Below are positions 60,885-64,000 of a DNA stretch of 64,000 nucleotides, piece by piece (within the stretch, counting starts at the first letter, position 1; each line of letters begins with the position of its first letter). Under the pieces are notes generated by a model. It ran no database searches and was not told where the DNA came from. It worked only from the letters and a program-made list of their open reading frames with translations. The position numbers were made by a program, and so were the translations under genes. This stretch comes from Vicugna vicugna (taxonomy: Eukaryota): NCBI GenBank assembly GCA_013265495.1, contig MU057640.1, forward strand, positions 567,303 to 631,302, read 5' to 3'.

Positions 60885-61855
60885 TAAAAATCCTACTTTT
60901 TGTTACCAACATTTCAGATATATACAAAGATAGAGAAAATAATGAAACTGATGTATCCCATCACCAGTTTCAAAAATGATCAATACATATCCAATCTTGT
61001 TTCATAAATATTGCCACCTCTTTCTCCACAATATTATAATCCTGGTCATAATATCATTTCGCCTATAAATATTTCATATGTATCTCAAAAATATAAGGAC
61101 TTACTTTTAAACAAAAATATTAACATAGATTTAAAAAAATCAATAAGTCCTTAATAGAATCAAATATCCAGTCAACATTCCTATTGCCTCAATTGTCTTA
61201 AACATTTGTCTTAATTACCTTAAACTGATTTAAAAGTTTTCATCACAGTGTTTATTTAAATTGGGATTCAACTAACGTCCAAAGATTGCAGTTAGTTGTC
61301 TTTAAAGTTTCTTTTAATATATAGGGTTTCCCTCTATTTTGCTCTCTTTTTTGCTCCTTGATTTTTTGTTGAAGAAATCAATTTATTTGTTCAGTAGAGT
61401 TTCCCATGACTGTATTTTACTGACTGCATCCCTGTGGCAGCAGTATTTGACATTTTCTTCTGTCTCCTGTATTTCTTGCACATTGGTGCTTGGAACTGGA
61501 GGTTTGATCAGATCCAGATTCTCTCCTTCTCTGTCTCTTTCTCTCTCTGTCTCTAATGTATATAGAAATAGCAAGACTACTTCATAAATAGTGGTGTATA
61601 CTTTATCAGGAGGTATTAATACATGGTGTCTCTTTTGGTGAAGGTAGCAGCTGTTAGAGATCTTTGACTACAGACTACTTTATTAGGGGTTGCAAATAGT
61701 GATATTCTATAATTTCTTCTTTATTAGTTGGAGTAGTTCTAAAAAGAGAAAAATTTCCAGCCTTGTATTTAGTTACCCTCAAGTATAGATTATGTACAAA
61801 AGGCAGAATAAATACTTGATTCTTTCCCTTTATTTATCAGTTTTCAAAATAAGGG
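60885..61855 (-). mobile_element. L1MC/ME-like 3'UTR segment, minus orientation
   Basis: Begins with a typical reverse L1 3' end (atttcagatatatacaaagatagagaaaataatgaaac...tatcccatcaccag). Confidence 0.6.
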
Positions 61856-61859
61856 GGGT

Positions 61860-64000
61860 GGATTCAACACCTATTTATAATCAAAACACTCAAGAAAATA
61901 GAAATTGTGGGATACATTCTTAACACGATAAACTCTTTATACCTGAGAACTAAAGCCATTATCTTATTTAATGGGGAAATACTAAAGGCATCTCTAGTAA
62001 GATCAGGAACCAAGTAAGGATGCCCGCAATTTCTATTACTATTTGTCATTATTCTAGAGACATTAGCTAATGCAATTAGACAAGAGAAAGCGATGAGAAG
62101 TGTAAGAATGATAACAAAGAAATTTTTTCTCTATTTCATAAACTTTAATAGTATATCTGGGGAACTCTAGAGAATCAATAGTAAAACTAACTCAAACATT
62201 AAAGGTAGCAGGATATAAAATTACCACACAAAACTTAATAGCCTTCATATGCACAAATAATAACCAGTTAGATGACATTGTGGTAGAGAAACTCCACTTA
62301 CAATAGCAACAAATAAGAAAAACTTAGAAATAAGCTGAACAGTAAATATGTAAAACCTATATGAAGAAAAATTTTAAGTGCTTTTGAAAAGACAGAAATA
62401 TATTTGAGCAAATGGAAAGACAGTGTGATCTAGATAGAATGACTCAACATTGTAAAGATCAGTTCTTCCTAAGTTAATTTACACATTTGATTTGAACTCA
62501 ATAAAAATACCAACACACTTTTGAATGGAACTAAACAAGTTCATATGGAAAACCAAATATGAAAGAATAGTTAAGAAAACACTGAAAAACAACAAATTAT
62601 GAAGGAAGTCTAGCCCTACCAGATGTTAAAACATACTATAAAACCTCTTAAATTAAAACAGTATAGACACAGAGACCAATGGAATGGAATAGAAAACCCG
62701 TAAATTGACCCAGTGACATGTAGACATTTAGCATAAAATAAAGGTTGCATTTAAAATTACTGGACCAAAGATGGACATTTTCATGATCAGTGCTGGGACA
62801 GTAGGGTGACCATTTGGGAAAAGGTAAAATTAGGTCCATATCTCATGTACTATATCAGAACAGTCATCAAATGGACTGGGGTTATAAATATAAAAAATAA
62901 AACCATATTAGCACTAGAAGAAAACATGGGTGACTTCCTCTTTAAACTAAATGTAAGGAAAGATTTTCTGTGACTTAAAATTCAGAAGCAGCAAAAGAAA
63001 ATAGTGACAAATCTGACCATGTAAACATTTGTATAGTAAAAAACCCAATAAAGTCAAAAGACAGCTGACAGGAGAAAATACTTGCAGCACACACAGTGCA
63101 GTATATGTGCAGATTAAGGTGGTAATGTATAATATATAAAGCACTCTTAAAATCTGAGGGACAAGGGACCATAAACCTGATAGCAAACGGGAAAAGGATG
63201 TGAAAAACAGTTCACAAAAGATATAAAAATAACCCTTAAACATTTGGGAAAAAGATGTTTAAACTCACAATTAAATTCAAATTTAAACAAAATTGAGATA
63301 TCACTTTTTACCCATAAAATTGGGGGTGGGGGGAAGGTGACAGTGCATCCTATGGATGAAGCTGTGGGAAAGCTGGCACCCTTATACACTGTCAGTGGGA
63401 TCACAAGATAGTACAACCCTCCTGCAGGGAAATTGAGCAATACCTAGCACAACTACTGTGCACTTACATTTTGACTCATCTACCTCACCTATAGGAATCA
63501 ACCCTAAAGATATAACCACACCACTATGAAAATACGTATGCATGAGGTTACTTAAGGTCACACTGTTGATAATTGCAAAATGCTGGAAATGACCTAAATG
63601 CTCATACACAGAGTGGCTGAATAAGTAAGGGCACTAGGAAGTTTTATGCAGCTATAAAACAACAACAACAAAACCAGGAGGTAGATCTTTATGAATTAAT
63701 ATGGAGAGATTTCCAGGAGAATTTGTTCAATAAAAACAAAAGCAAAGTAAAAACAGTATCTGTATCTATAGTATGCTGCCATTCTTATAAGACAGGCATA
63801 AGAAAATAGACATATGTCTGTTTACTTGTGTAAAAGAAACACAGGAAAGATAAACAAGAAACTAAAGAGCTTAGTTATCTACAGGGTGGGTAGGAATGGG
63901 GTACAAAGAATGGGGAAAGGGGTTGGATAGTAGGGATGGGTGGGGGAGGGGTGACACTTCTCTGAAAACGCCTTTTTGTGCAGCTCTGACTCTTAGAACC
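61860..64000 (+). mobile_element. Degraded L1 ORF2 3' part and 3'UTR (L1MC-like), plus orientation; runs off the window
   Basis: attcaacacc..., agatcaggaaccaagtaaggatgcccg, aatgcaattagacaagagaaa, gtagcaggatataaaat, aaatggaaagac, tagccctaccagatgttaaaacatactataaa: collinear with L1 ORF2 but frame-disrupted. Confidence 0.85.

Noticed and set aside
61860..64000. Active L1 / intact reverse transcriptase
   Set aside because: Many stops and frameshifts; no long plus-strand ORF

Overview
Mammalian genomic DNA covering the 3' half of DPF3 (BAF45C/CERD4, d4-family subunit of the BAF/SWI-SNF complex) on the + strand. Vic-1-like tRNA-derived SINEs suggest a camelid (camel/alpaca/llama). Four coding exons are supported by splice sites, phase continuity and recognisable protein: the C2H2 zinc-finger exon (2124-2261), the first half of PHD1 (19105-19233), the DPF3a-specific terminal exon (22075-22277 plus 3'UTR) and the DPF3b-specific exon (60392-60504). 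The DPF3b exon lies 41 kb downstream, completes PHD1 and starts PHD2. The rest is intron with old repeats (MIR, L2, L1M, CR1/L3, MLT1, MER5A/MER81), camelid SINEs, microsatellites and a 251-N gap in a GC-rich stretch. Almost all ORFs in the supplied track are spurious, and I see no prokaryote-type system. The best leads are in RNA processing, and all are hypotheses needing RNA-seq or conservation checks. They include a candidate third terminal exon at ~30.9-32.75 kb with three in-frame acceptors and a strong polyA site, and an AG-G-GTATGT element in the DPF3a 3'UTR. There are also three recursive-splice-like AG|GT sites, a candidate poison exon and an intronic polyA signal. Regulatory leads are a perfect RFX X-box and a MEF2/E-box/MEIS cluster. 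Repeat family names and boundaries are by-eye estimates.
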